A stretch of DNA of 64,000 nucleotides from Camelus dromedarius (lineage: Eukaryota): positions 118,980,001 through 119,044,000 of the forward strand of contig NC_087437.1 in NCBI RefSeq assembly GCF_036321535.1, written 5' to 3'. Below are positions 1 to 11,715 of this stretch, in pieces (position 1 is the stretch's first letter; each line of letters begins with the position of its first letter). A program made the translations under genes and the position numbers. A model generated the notes under the pieces. The model was not told the DNA's origin, ran no database searches, and worked only from the letters and a program-made list of their open reading frames with translations.

Positions 1-400
1 GACCTTAGATCTGGCAATAATTTTTTCGATACAAGCCCAAAAGGACAAGCAACAACAAAAAATATAGATAAATTAGAATTCATTAAAACTAAAAAATTCT
101 ATATATCAAAGGACAGTATCAAGAGAGTAAAATAGAAAGCCACAGAACGAGGGGAAATATTTGCAAATCATAATTCTGATAAGGGCCTTGTATCCAGAAT
201 ACATAAAGAATTCCTGTAATTCATCAACAAAAAGACGAACAGCCCAATTTAAAATGGACAAAGCACTTCGATAGACATTTCTCCAAAGAAGACATACAGC
301 CAACAAACACATAAAAGGATGACTGTACCAAATGCCACTGCACTGAACACTTTCAAATGGTTAAAACGGTAACTTTAATATTGTACATTATCACACACAC
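1..400 (+). mobile_element. L1 (LINE-1) ORF2 3' end / 3'UTR fragment
   Basis: Typical L1 ORF2-end wording (AAATATTTGCAAATCATA...GATAAGGG...TATCCAGAATACATAAAGAA...AGACATTTCTCCAAAGAAGACATAC); degenerate. Confidence 0.8.
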
Positions 401-1225
401 ACACGCCTGCTAACGATTTCTAAGAGCAAGACCCCCACTCACAGCAGCACAGGGCGTTACCGGCGCTGAAAACCTTGCTTGGTGTTACAGGTGGAACATT
501 TATGTTTTAATCTGAGAAGCTTTAATTTTTAATGAAATCGAGTAGCTTTTTATATGCTAATTGGGGATCTGAACTGAGGATGTATTTGATGCTTTTGTAT
601 CTCGCCCTGTTTTAAAGACTCTTTGATTTTATATTGCGATATTTTCTGGCAGTTCAATATCTCCAATTTGCACATCAAAAAGATTCCTTTTGGGTTCTGA
701 CTGAAATCACATCAGTGCTGGATTGACCCAGGGGAAGTGGAGACTCTACAGCCCTGAGTTTCTTGCCCACAGCTCTCTCGGGTCCCAGTGGACATACGAG
801 GTGTGTGTCCATTGGTCAGGTTTACTATTTTGTTCCCAACTTATCTTCTTAACTTTCTTCTTAGGTGCTTTGTAGTTTGGCTGCCACAGCTCTGGGCACC
901 TCTCCCCGTCAGGGTGTCACACAGGCGCAGGCGGTGTTGGGGAGGGGCTGATAGTGGCCGGGAGCGTGTCTCACGCCCAGCCCCTCCATGAACATGACAC
1001 TTGGCAGAAACTTGCCTCATATGTTCTCTACAAGTTTTCTGGAGCCAAAGAACAGATGGGAAAACAGATTCTTGCAAAATATTCACGTGTTGAGTGAGTA
1101 AAACCTAATTGTAGAAAACACACCAGCACTAAACAGGGTCCCGTGCGCCCAGCTCCAAACATCAACACGGAAGGGAGGGCGTGGGAGCCTCCTCCCGCTG
1201 GGGCAACGCGCACACCCGGGAGGGG

Positions 1226-1232
1226 TATAAAA
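1226..1232 (+). promoter_or_regulatory. TATA box of the KRTAP10-like gene
   Basis: GGGTATAAAAG ~88 bp upstream of the ATG, followed by a CA-rich 5'UTR as in KRTAP10 genes. Confidence 0.85.
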
Positions 1233-1313
1233 GCTGACAGCCCCAGCACCTCACACTCACACACACACTCACACACTCACACTCACACCCTCCTCCAGCC
1301 TCACACCCCAACC

Positions 1314-1946
1314 ATGGCTGCTTCCGCCCTGTCCACCTGCTCCAGCGACCTGAGCTACGGCAGCCGGGTCTGCCTGCCCGGTTCCTGTGACTCCTGCACC
1401 GGCTCCTCCTGGCAGGTGGACGACTGCCCAGAGAGCTGCTGTGAGCCCCGCTGCTGCGAGCCCCGCTGCCTGACCCTCCTCTGCGCCCCAGTGAGCTGTG
1501 AGCCCAGCCCCTGCTGCCAGCTGACCTGTGAGCCCAGCACCTGCCAATCAGGCTGCACCAGCTCCTGCACAGCCTTGTGCTGCCCGCAGTCTAGCTGCCA
1601 GCCCTCCTGCTGCACCTCCTCCCCCTGCCAGCAGGACTGCTGTGCGCCCCTCTGCTGCAGGCCTGTGTGCTGCAGGCCCGTGTGCTGCACACCTGTCTCC
1701 TGCAGGCCTGTGTGCTGCACGCCCGTGTGCTGCAGGCCCGTGTGCTGTGAGCCCACCCCCTGCCCCTCGTCCTGCTGCAGACCCTCCTCCTGTGTGTCCC
1801 TGCTCTGCCGCCCTGTGTGCAGACCCGCCTGCTGTGCCCCCGCCCCCTCCTGCCAGCCCAGCTGCTGCCGCCCGGCCTCCTGCGTGTCCCTGCTCTGCCA
1901 CCCCAGGTGCTCCCGCTCGGCCTGCTGTGTCTCCGACTCAGCCTAG
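1314..1946 (+). CDS. KRTAP10: Keratin-associated protein 10 family member (high-sulfur hair KAP), 210 aa, single exon
   Basis: ACCATGG Kozak start; MAASALSTCSSDLSYGSRVCLPGSCDSCTGSSWQVDDCPESCCEP N-terminus; CRPVC repeats; SCVSLLCRPVCRPACC C-terminal motif; TATA upstream and AATAAA downstream. Paralog number cannot be assigned by eye. Confidence 0.95.
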   Translation: MAASALSTCSSDLSYGSRVCLPGSCDSCTGSSWQVDDCPESCCEPRCCEPRCLTLLCAPVSCEPSPCCQLTCEPSTCQSGCTSSCTALCCPQSSCQPSCCTSSPCQQDCCAPLCCRPVCCRPVCCTPVSCRPVCCTPVCCRPVCCEPTPCPSSCCRPSSCVSLLCRPVCRPACCAPAPSCQPSCCRPASCVSLLCHPRCSRSACCVSDSA

Positions 1947-2219
1947 AAGTCCAGCTGCTGACTGGCTATACTGCCGGCCTCTCTCCAGCTTCTGGCTTTG
2001 ACCCTGAGCCCAGCTGTCCTCTCTCAGGAGCCCCGGAGCCCCTCTGCTGGCACCAGGACCTCCCCTCTCTCGTTGGTGGACACACAGCTGCTGCCTAGAG
2101 GGGACCTGAACATGCCACCCTCAAACCCCCCAGCCGTGGGGGGACTGCCGGCCCTGGGAGCCCTCTTCTGCATGGTTGGGTTCTTATATTCCATGTGTCA
2201 AAGGTCAACTGCCATCATT

Positions 2220-2225
2220 AATAAA
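2220..2225 (+). terminator. Polyadenylation signal of the KRTAP10-like gene
   Basis: AATAAA ~275 bp after the stop codon. Confidence 0.7.
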
Positions 2226-3146
2226 ATGAGATAAATGAAAGGAAAGAATCAGTCGAGATGACGGTGTCTTTACTTTGGAGAGTTTATTTAGCACATGTTT
2301 GTAACACAAGGACAATTCTAAATGCTGAGACCCTCCAGATCAGGGTCACTGTGACACCTTTGTCATCCACGTGACTGAGATGTAGACAATGGCCACTCAC
2401 AGATGCCACCCACCAAGGTACCACATGAAACAAGAGTAAACCGTGAAGCCTTCCTCCCATCTGGTGGACAGCGCAGGCAGCTCCTGGGAGTGTCCGGGAG
2501 GGCGTGGGCAAGGCCAGGACATGACATCAAATGGCTTGGCTTGGATACAGGAGACAAAAAAAAAACAGGGCTGGAGAGGAGGTTTGATTTGAATTGAATG
2601 AAGGATGAGAAAGTGCCGGGCATAGTGGGTGCTGTAAGGATTCCCTCTGCACGTCACATCCTGGGGATCACGTGACATCACAATGACATCTTTCTAGATA
2701 TGTGGCTTCGCTCAGGGCGGCCTCCCCGTGGTGCACCTCCTAGACTATTTCTCAGTTCCCAAACAGCTCCCGCAGGCACCCTGGCATGGCAGTGCCTCCT
2801 TCTGCCGAGGCTGATGCCTCCTCCCGGCATCTCTGCCCCCGCCCCCGGCCCTGTGCCCAGGGTGGCCCAGCGCCCACGCTCTGCAGGGGCCTGTGTTCAC
2901 ACCACGGGGGCTGAGCTGGCACTTCCTAGGGCAGCCCCCCCCCCCCCCCCCGGTTTCTGGGCCAGGTTTCCCCTTCCCGGAATAGCGCAGGCATCCCACA
3001 CACAGTGTTCCTGCGATCGCTGTGGTTCCGGATGGGAGTGTGGCCTGCCTCAAACTGGACTCTCCTTGGAACAAAGGAAGCCATGGCACAGCCATGTGGT
3101 GTGCAAAGGAGGGGCCAGACCAGTCTTGCAGCTTCGAGCTGCCCCT

Positions 3147-3575
3147 GTGATGGGCTGAACCGTGTTCCCTGAACAAGACATGCTGGAGCCCTAATCCCAA
3201 TACCTCTGAACATGACCTTACTTGGAAATGGCATCTTTGCAAATCTGATCAAGTTAAAATGAGGCCTGGAAGGTGGGACCCAATCCAGAGGTCACATGAC
3301 CGTGTCCTCATTATAAAAAAGGAAGCTGCAGACACAGAGCCATGCACAGAGGGAAGACGGGAGAAGATGCAGGCGGGGATCAGGGTGGTGCCTGGAGCCA
3401 AGGACACCAGAGATGCCTGCAAACATGGGGAACCAGGAGAGGGGATGGAGCGGATTCCCTGCCGCCCTTGGAAGGGACCAGCCTCCCACACCTTGGCCTC
3501 CAGACTGTGAGACCATGCGTTTGTGCGGTTGAAGCCGCCCAGTCTGGATGCTTTGCATGATAGCCCAAAGAGGAT
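3147..3575 (+). mobile_element. MaLR LTR (MLT1-type)
   Basis: TGTGATGGGCTGAAC...GACCTTACTTGGAAATGGCATCTTTGCAAAT...CTCCAGACTGTGAGA hallmarks. Confidence 0.8.
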
Positions 3576-4274
3576 GCTGCAGCCCCTCCCCAACTCTGGC
3601 CGTTGCAGAGGGTGGAGAGGCTAAGAAGAGGGTGCCTGTGGGTCAGGGACCCAGGCCCTGGGGTGCTGAGCCCTGGAGAGCATGTCCTTGGAGAAAGCTG
3701 TCCTTGAGGGAGGGAGGTGGGGCCTTTACATCCTCTGCAGGCAAGGGAGGGGGCTCCCAGGGGGTCACCACGAGGGCAGCAGAGTCCCCTGCAGGGAGGA
3801 CCACCACTGCCCCGGGCTGTGATGCCGAGAATCTGTGCTGGATGCTCGGGGAGGGGGCACAGGTGTGGGCCAAGGGGGATGCCACCCGAGAGTCCCCGCG
3901 GCCCCGGTGTGGACCCACAGGAGAGAGGGCAGGGTGGACTCAGGCCATGGGAGAGAGCCTGGAGCAGGACAGACCTGGGCAGGAAGACCATCAGCCTCCA
4001 AGTGACCGAGGAGGGAAGGTCCGGCTGGAGGGGCTCTTCCCCTGGCTGGGGGCACAGGGCAGGAAGAGCCCCGAGGGGGAGAATGGGCTCCGAGACCGGC
4101 AGCAGGGCTGGGGAGCCGGCTCCGCAGCCCCCGCGTGGCTCTCCTTCCTGCCCTTTGTGTCCCCACTTCCACCCACAACCCTGAAGGTCACCACACAGTT
4201 GAAGGATCACAGACGGAGTGTGGAAGTGGGGGGCTGTGCCACCGAGAAGCGGGCCGTCCTGTGGCTGCCGTAAA

Positions 4275-4660
4275 AGTGACCACGAACGTGGCTGAAGCAG
4301 CTCAAAAGTGTTGTCCCCCAGCCGTGGAGGCAGAATGGGAAGGGAGTCTCCTGGCCACAGCTGGGGTGTGAGAGGGCGGGCTCCCCCGGAGGCTCCAGGG
4401 CAGAGTGTGACCCCCGTCCTTTCAGCTTCTAGAGGCACTGCATCCTCGGCTTGTGGCCTCGAGTCTTGCTTCCCCCTCCTGGGGCCTCCCCTTCTGTGGC
4501 CATCTCCCCGCCCCCCATCAGTCCCACCTGGAGGACTCAGACCATCTCCCATCTCACGGCCCTCAATTTACTCCCGTCCGCAAAGTCGCTTTGCCGTGTA
4601 AGGGGACGTATCGCAGGTCCTGAGGGCAGGACATGGCATCCCTGGGGAACCACAGAAGTC
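4275..4660 (-). mobile_element. MaLR LTR (MLT1-type), degenerate
   Basis: Reverse-orientation MLT1 wording (CTTTCAGCTTCTAGAGGCACTGCATCCTCGGCTTGTGGCC; GCAAAGTCGCTTTGCC). Confidence 0.6.
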
Positions 4661-5314
4661 CTCCCCGCCCCGCCAGGCTCTTTCCCACCCACGGGGAGGG
4701 GGAGGAGCCCTGCGTGTCTGCAGAGCATCCGGGTTTAATTTAGTGGTGTGAGCGCCACCTATCAATGCTGCACAGAAGGACATTTTACACAAAAGGGGTA
4801 AGTTCAGGACCTTAATGCCCTCGGTCCACCCAGAGCAGGGTGAGGACTGGTCTTGTAAGGTCAGGGTACAGAGTTGGGTCCCTTGCTGAGCGCTGGGAGT
4901 TCACCTTCGGCATGAGCTTGGTCACCCACATGGCCATCTGGTGACCTGACCTGCTCTGTAAAAGGAATTTTCTAGAATCCGGGGGAACCACCCCTGGAGG
5001 AAGCAGTTTAGGGAATGGCGGTGGTGGGGGGGGGGACACTGCTCCGCGAGCATCGCGCTCTGACGTTTACTAGACCTTCGGTGCGGGAGGCTGCCGAGCC
5101 TGGACGCCGCCCCAGCCGGTGTGGGCGCCGGGCAGGTGACCCCGCCGGGGACGAGGCCCTCGGCCTGGCCAGCTGGGATCGAGCAGCCTCGCTGCGACGC
5201 AGTCTCGTTGGGCACGGAAGGTGTGGAGAGGACGATGTCTGGGCCGCCCCCTGGGAGTTCAGAGTTGGCTGCTTCTGACCCACACACGGGCAGGGGTCCC
5301 GGCAGGGCCTGGGC

Positions 5315-5574
5315 TCAGCAGCAGGAAGGGACACCACAGGGGATGGGTCTGCAGACCAGGGCGGGGCAGGAGGGCGGGCAGCACCCGGAGGACTGGCGGG
5401 AGGGGGCCACACACACAGGGGCTTGCAGTTCACGGGCAGGCGTGTGGTCAGCTTGCAGCTCACAGGCACACACACGACAGGCCTGCTGCTCAGTGACACA
5501 TAGCAAGTCTCCCGGCAGGGGCTGGGCACACGGCAGGCCGGCCGGCAGCCCGCAGAGCAGCTAGTGTGACACCT
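5315..5574 (-). pseudogene. KRTAP12: KRTAP12-family pseudogene
   Basis: Reads (R)CHTSCSAGCRPACRVPSPCRETCYV...VCVPVSCK...VCVAPSRQSSGCCPPSCPALVCRPIPCGVPSCC*. Start codon is AGG instead of ATG (5572-5574), there is a frameshift near 5417-5421, and the TATA position reads CATAAA (5643-5648). Confidence 0.88.
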
Positions 5575-6999
5575 GGTGAGGCGCTGAGGTGGGGTCAGGA
5601 CTGAGTACAGGGCTGGTCTGGAGGCTCCTCCCCTGGGTGACCTTTATGCCCAGGCCATGGCATCCTGGCCACAAGGCATGTGAGTGCCCTCCTCCTGGCT
5701 GCCTGCTGTTTTTCCTCCTCGTCCCTCTCCACAGTCTCTTCCTGGAGTTCCCGGTGGAAGTGACCCAGTTCAGGAAGCTCCTTCTCAGCGGGAGGCACCC
5801 AGTGACACAGTGGTCCTGTGACATCTGTAATTGGAGCCTGGGTTGGATAGGGAAGGGCCATCATGTGGGGACAGAAGTCTCACATCATATTCTCAGGGTC
5901 CTCCCCAGTTGTAAAGACCCTGTGTCTGTCCGCACAAGCACAGTGTCCCCCACTTTGATTTGGAAACTCAGTGATCCAGAAGGTTCTTCCACAGGGCTGG
6001 GCTCCTCACTGGGAGCTGCAGCCACACTACTGCCATGATCACAGCGACGGGGTTCCAGCTTCGAGCCGGGGCTGAGTTAAGTGTTTCACGTGGACCCCCT
6101 CGTAACTGATTGATGACCAGTCCTGCCACCGCCCGGGGGCGGCGGGAGGCCCGTGTGCACAGGCGGTCCCTCAGGGCGATTCAGAAGGAGCCCATGACGG
6201 GTGCACGGTCTCAGCGCTGAGACGGAGAAGCAGGCACTTGAAGGTGTCAGCCCCCTGGGTCCCCAGTCCTCACATTGTGCCGCGTGCGCTGGGGCCCTGG
6301 GCGTGTGCTCTGAGATTCTTGCATCTGTCGATTGGAATTTTTTTTTAAAAAGTCAAATTTGGGAATTTTGTCTGCTGTTTCTTCCCAGTTCTGTTATACT
6401 TCAGTGTCATTCTCCTCTCCTCCCCGGGCAGAAATCACTCGCACGTTAGCCTCTCTGATGTTGTCTCACAGGCCTCCCCGTCTTTCTTAGCTCCTTGTCC
6501 CCCTTCTTCAGGTTGGATGATTTCCACTGACGTGTCCTCAGGTCCACCGAGCCTTCCCTCTATCAGCCCAGGGTGGTGACGCCTGCTCCTTGGTTCCCAC
6601 ATTCGGAATCCTCCACCGGCCCCCGCACCCTGTCAGCCCGAGCTGTGGGATTCCCCGCTGCCCCTGGAACTGCCCGTTTCTGCAGCCTTGTCCTCACAGC
6701 CCCCTGGCTGCCTCTGCCTGGAGTGCCGCCCCGACCCCTTCTCTGGACGCAGAGCCAGCTCAGCGCCGCCTCCCCGCTGAGGCCCCCACACCACCCACCA
6801 GCTCCCCACTTCTCTCCATCTGCTGAGCCTGCCGTCCTTTCCGGGACTCAGCCCCTCTGGAATCATCTCATGCATGAATGTTTCATGCACTCATTTGCTC
6901 ACTGCCCTGGAAGGCTCAGGCGGCGGGGGCATCTCCCTCGCCAGCACGTAGTGTAATTTGTTGCATGAACGAATCAGCTCTTATACTGATTACTATGAA

Positions 7000-7170
7000 G
7001 CAGGAGCCGGCAAACTTTCTGTAAAGGGCAGAGAGCGAGACTCTCAGGCTCTGCGGTCACGCGGCCTCCCTCAGCACAGCTCAGCGTGGCCGGGGGAGCG
7101 GCCCCGGATGCTAAGCACGCAGGCGGGCTGTGCCCACAGAGCTCCGCTCCCACACAGGCAGCAGGCCAGC
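7000..7170 (+). mobile_element. MER58-like hAT-Charlie MITE, degenerate
   Basis: CAGGAGCCGGCAAACTTTCTGTAAAGGGC terminal motif. Confidence 0.5.
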
Positions 7171-7522
7171 GCTGTCCCACAGGCTCCCGCTTCGGCGTTT
7201 TCCTCTGCAAAAAACCCTCAAAATACAGTATTGCCTCAAAGTCTTCGCTGACATCACGAGACCTAAAGGAGTAAGAGGTTACGTCTCTGAGTCCATGCAA
7301 GGGTGTGCTGCGCACAGTGATGGCCGGAGGAACAGCACACACCCCACGTAAATTCAGACCAGAACATCCTGTTTACAGGAGGAGGAATTGGCCTCAAAGC
7401 CAAACTAACTTGTGGTGAAGAACAATACAGGAAAGCGCGTCCCAGGATAATAAGATGTTGGCAACAACCTCGAGGAAGTCAGCAGGTGAGCTTCTGCGCT
7501 GCTGGGACGCCCACGGCCCGGG

Positions 7523-7528
7523 TATAAA
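7523..7528 (+). promoter_or_regulatory. TATA box of the KRTAP12-like gene
   Basis: GGGTATAAAGG 75 bp upstream of the ATG. Confidence 0.85.
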
Positions 7529-7597
7529 GGCCGCCCGGGCAGGGAGGCTGCAGACATCACCGCCCTCCTCCCGACGCCAGCCCAGCCCTAAGCCACC

Positions 7598-7945
7598 ATG
7601 TGCCACACCAGCTGCTCCTCCGGCTGCCCGGCTGCCTGCTACGTGCCCAGCTCCGGCCAGGCGTCCTGCTGCACGGCCAGGCCCTGCCAGGCGTCCTGCT
7701 ATGTGCCCCTGACCTGTAAGCCAGCTGTGTGCGTGCCCGTGAGCTGCAGGCCCGTGTGCCTGCCCGTGAGCTGCAAGCCCACCGTGGGTGTGGCCCCCTC
7801 CTGCCAGTCCTTTGTGCGTGTGCCCGTGAGCTACAAACAGGTCGTGTATGTGGCCCCCTCCTGCCAGTCCTCCGGGTGCTACCAGCCCCCCTGCCCCACC
7901 CTGGTCTGCAGACCCACCTCCTGTAGCACCCCCTCGTGCCTTTGA
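7598..7945 (+). CDS. KRTAP12: Keratin-associated protein 12 family member, 115 aa, single exon
   Basis: GCCACCATG Kozak start; MCHTSCSSGC N-terminus, VCVPVSC repeats and SSGCYQPPCPTLVCRP C-terminus typical of KRTAP12; TATA and AATAAA present. Confidence 0.93.
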   Translation: MCHTSCSSGCPAACYVPSSGQASCCTARPCQASCYVPLTCKPAVCVPVSCRPVCLPVSCKPTVGVAPSCQSFVRVPVSYKQVVYVAPSCQSSGCYQPPCPTLVCRPTSCSTPSCL

Positions 7946-8201
7946 CCGTGAGCCTCCTCCCAGCTGCCCCCTGTGCAGATGAGTTCATACCTGTGCCCCT
8001 CCCAGAACGAGTCCTCCATGGGCCTCCAGGTTCTGCACGTGGCAGATGAAAAACGCATGATGAACCAACCCTCTGAACTCTGGGGCGAGAACGTGGCAGG
8101 ATGATCTGGATCCTTCTATGAATCTGCGCATCCCCTCTGGAAGCCCTGGTTCCCAGGGTCCCTCTCTGTCTCCGGCAGGAAGCCACACCCCATGTGTGAC
8201 A

Positions 8202-8207
8202 AATAAA
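8202..8207 (+). terminator. Polyadenylation signal of the KRTAP12-like gene
   Basis: AATAAA ~257 bp after the stop codon. Confidence 0.75.
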
Positions 8208-8239
8208 TCATGCTTTCTCAATGCAGTGTGTCCCTCCAT

Positions 8240-8635
8240 TTTTTTTAATTCTTATTGAAGTATTATCAATTTAAAATGTTAATTTCAGATAAACAGCAAA
8301 GCGATTCAGTGATACATACACATACTTTTTTTTCCTGTTTCTTTTCCATTACAACTTACTACAAGAAATTGAATAGAGCTCCTTGTGCTGCACAGTAGGT
8401 CCTTGTTGTTTATCTATTTTATATATGGTAATGTATATCTATTAATCCCAAACTTCTGATCTATCCCTGCCCCTCCTTTTCCCCTCTAGTAACCACAGTT
8501 TTTTTCTTTGTCTATGAATTTATGTCTGGTTTATAAATAAATTTGTACCTTTTTTTTAGATTCCACATATAAGGGACATCATATGACATTTGTCTTTCTC
8601 TGTCTGACTTACTTCACTTAGTATGATCATCCTCA
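8240..8635 (-). mobile_element. L1 3' end fragment
   Basis: ATTGAAGTAT...CAGTAGGTCCTTGTTGTTTATCTATTTTATATA...TTTGTCTTTCTCTGTCTGACTTACTTCACTTAG. Confidence 0.85.
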
Positions 8636-9379
8636 CTTTCTATCATCACATACTTTGAAGTTTCTCCTTGGAGGTATGAACAAAGCACAGCGCAGAGGCC
8701 CCTCGCAGAGCCTCCTCCTGGCGGCCCAGCTGGGGTGGGGGGCCTTGGTGAGTGGAGGGTCAGGAAGGTGTGCCCCCATGTCCACCCCTCGAGGCTCATG
8801 CCGTGGGTGGGGGAGGACTTCCCTCCCTCTGAGTGGCGGACGGGAAACAGGCCTGGGTCCCACCTGGTCCCTAAAGGATGACTACACAGGGAGGGCCAGA
8901 AACACCCACACAAACCCACCACACTTACAAAGGGGAGGCTGGATGTCCCAGGAGAAGAGGCAGGAAGTCTGAGAAAGCCTCACCCTCCAATCCCCGAGCA
9001 CACAGGGCCTGCCAAGGCTGGCCCTGGACCAGGACCAGAGAGCCCTCCTGGCTCCCGACTCCAGCCCGGCCAGCGCAGCTGCCTGAACTGTGTCAGTCTC
9101 CACCGGGGAAAGGCAGATACGTGTAGAGGTCCCTTCTGTGTGCCAGGCAAGCAGGGCCAGCTGAAAACATAGGGCAGAGCAAAACATTGTGTCCCCCAGC
9201 CCTTGTCCTAAGCACAAGACACTGGCATCCCCACTGGAATCTGAAGTTGCTGGTACCCTGAAAGTCCCAAACTGAGGCCAACACCTGAGCAGGTTGATTC
9301 AAACCTCCCTCCAACACATTGATGCCTTACAGAAGAGACACGGCCATTCCCAGAAGGAAACACTTTATGTCCATTGAAA

Positions 9380-9985
9380 TGAACACATGATATCTGAGAT
9401 TCAACAAGGAAGACATACAAAAAAGCGGGGGGGGGGGCGGGTGGTAATAAATCCACTGTCAAGAGACAAAGCAATCAACACAACTAGACTCCAAGTGACC
9501 CAGAGGTTGGAGCTGTCAGGTTGGAATTTTAAAATAACTATGAGTAGTGAAATAAGTCAGACAGAAAGACAAATACTGTATAATCTCACTTATACATACA
9601 GTCTAAGAAGAAAACAAATGCATAGATACAGTGAACAGACTGGTGGTTGTCAGAGGTAGGGGGAGGGGATAGGCAAAGGGAATCAAAAGGTACAAATATC
9701 CAGTTATAAAATAAATATGTCCTGGGGATGTGATGCACAGCACAGTGACTGTAAGAGGAAAAAATCTATTTTTATTTATTTATTTTTATTTAAAGAAATA
9801 AAAGAGCATTATGAGAACAAAGTGAAAGTCTATTAAAATAAAAGAAAGAAACAGACATCAGGAGAAACAAATAAAACTTCTACAAATAAAAAAGTCAAGT
9901 ATTGGAAATTAAAAACTCAGTGGATACGTCAAACAGAATATTAGACACAGCTGAAGACAGAATTAGAAAAATTAGAAGGCAGGTG
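9380..9985 (+). mobile_element. Old L1 ORF1-region fragments with a nested L1 3' end (~9543-9760)
   Basis: TTTAAAATAACTATGA and AGATTAGACACAGCTGAAGA-like wording interrupted by AGTGAAATAAGTCAGACAGAAAGACAAATAC. Confidence 0.65.
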
Positions 9986-10310
9986 TTTGATGTCAGCTGT
10001 CATCCCTTTCCAGGAATTGCCTGAGACAGCTGTCTTCACCAAGGTCAGGCCCCCTTCCCAGGGGACTCACATGTAATCACTGATCCAGGGCAATAAAGGC
10101 CTGGTCTGGGGCCCCAACTCAGGGCAGCTCTAACAGACACTCCCAGCTTGAGATCTCTCTCTGAGGTCACTGAATTCATCACAGCCCAGCTCTGCCTGAG
10201 TTCAATCCTGCTCCCTTCCACTCCACAGATGTTGATCCCAAGAGAGCTCCCTAATAAACCTAATATCTCAGCACCTCCGTCTGCAGCAAAGGACCTTGAA
10301 GCAATGACAG
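9985..10310 (+). mobile_element. ERVL-type LTR (LTR16-like)
   Basis: ACAGATGTTGATCCCAAGAGAGCTCCCTAATAAACC...CTCAGCACCTCCGTCTGC. Confidence 0.55.
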
Positions 10311-10719
10311 CCCGTTAGCAGTGAGTGCCCCAGGACCCCAGCTGTGGTTGCTAAATCTCATTTCCCACTGAAAAGGGCCAGATGATCCCTGGAGGGATGG
10401 CAGGCTTCTGGGGCAAGAGATAAGCACAATGAGTCTGAGCCATCTTGAGCTCCGAAGCAAAGAAGCTATCAAAGACTGCTGAGACGGTGTCAAAAGGACA
10501 CAGGAGTCAGCCTGCAGGGGCTTCCACTGGCGCCCACCAAAGGGGTCATTCCATTCTCCAAACGAGGTACTACAGAAGTTACTAAGACGGTTATTCTGAA
10601 AACTAATAAAAAGGACAGAATAAATCAGGTATCTGGTCTTTCCTATAAAAAGAGCATTTTAGTGTAAACAAATAGGCATTGAAGGAAAGTGCTTCTTTTT
10701 TTCTTATCTTTAATACATA

Positions 10720-10915
10720 CACATTTGTATTGAAGTATAGTCAGTTTACAATGTTGTGGCAATTTCTGGTGTACAACATAATGCTTCAGTCATACGTGAA
10801 CATACATACATTTGTTTTCATATTCTTTTTCACCATAAGTTACTACAAGATATTGAATATATTTCCCTGTGCTATACTGTATGAACTTGTTGTTTATCTA
10901 TTTTATGTACATATT
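10720..10915 (-). mobile_element. Short L1 3' end fragment
   Basis: TTGAAGTATAGTCAGTTTACAATGTTGTG...TACAAGATATTGAATAT; related copies lie near 33960, 50130, 53275 and 57195. Confidence 0.8.
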
Positions 10916-10924
10916 AATTAGTAT

Positions 10925-11060
10925 TTTTTTAATTAAAAAAATTTGGGGGGTAGGTAATTAGGTATATGTATTTTTTTAATTTAACGGAGGTACTAGGGGT
11001 TGAACCCAGGACCTCGTGCATGCTAGCCATGCATTTTACCACTGAGCTACACCCTCCCCC
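10925..11060 (-). mobile_element. tRNA-derived SINE (camelid Vic-1-like)
   Basis: Minus strand GGGGGAGGGTGTAGCTCAGTGGTA...GGTCCTGGGTTCAACCCC (Pol III A and B boxes) plus A-rich tail. Confidence 0.8.
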
Positions 11061-11715
11061 AAAATGCTTCTTTATAGAACTCCAGCTTCTAAATGTAGAG
11101 GAAATGGGCGACAGTTGCATCTTGCAAAGCCCAGTGACATAATGGATCTAAACCCAGATTTTCAGTGGCTGCTGAAACTGAGAAGGTTGACAGCAGTTGC
11201 CCCAGGGGTCGACCTCAACAGCCATCCCCCAAACCAAGGCACCCAGACACCACTGGCCTCTCCATGTGACAGGCGCTCTTGGAAGAACAAAGCTCCTGGG
11301 AAGCATCCTCGCCGAAGGAGCTGAACCTGCATTTCAGCCCATCCGTAGATCTTCTCCCGTTTTACAGGAAATACAGGAGATGGAGGAATTTTTTTAAAGA
11401 ACATCTGAAGACTCAAACAACCTGATCCAAAATGCCGAAAAATCTCCTGGACAAATCCCTGGATTTCTTTAACAAGTAGACGCTGTAAGAATTACTGTAA
11501 ATCAGAAGGGGCTTCAGAGAAGCATCAGCAGTGTGCTTTATTGGAGCCTCGTTTGAACAAGTAACACATCAAGGCCTTCTTCCCTCGTCCACAGGAATAG
11601 AGCTACCCCGCCCTTCTTAACGCCCGAGCAGCAGCTCCTCGCACAGACATGGTGCAATGGCACCTTTCCGCTGTTAACAGTCTTCATCTAGGCTCCTTTT
11701 TGCTGTTGTTGCCAT

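Noticed and set aside
1143..1313. N-terminal extension of the KRTAP10 ORF (267 aa in the track)
   Set aside because: Starts at GTG upstream of the TATA box; the family start is the Kozak ATG at 1314.
1269..2098. Overlapping antisense and alternative-frame ORFs over KRTAP10
   Set aside because: Shadows of a GC-rich, repetitive coding sequence.
3380..4552. 390-aa minus-strand ORF
   Set aside because: Spans two MLT1 LTRs and GC-rich filler; no recognisable domain.
5008..5529. 173-aa and 63-aa ORFs over the KRTAP12 pseudogene
   Set aside because: They are the two halves of the frameshifted pseudogene, not separate genes.
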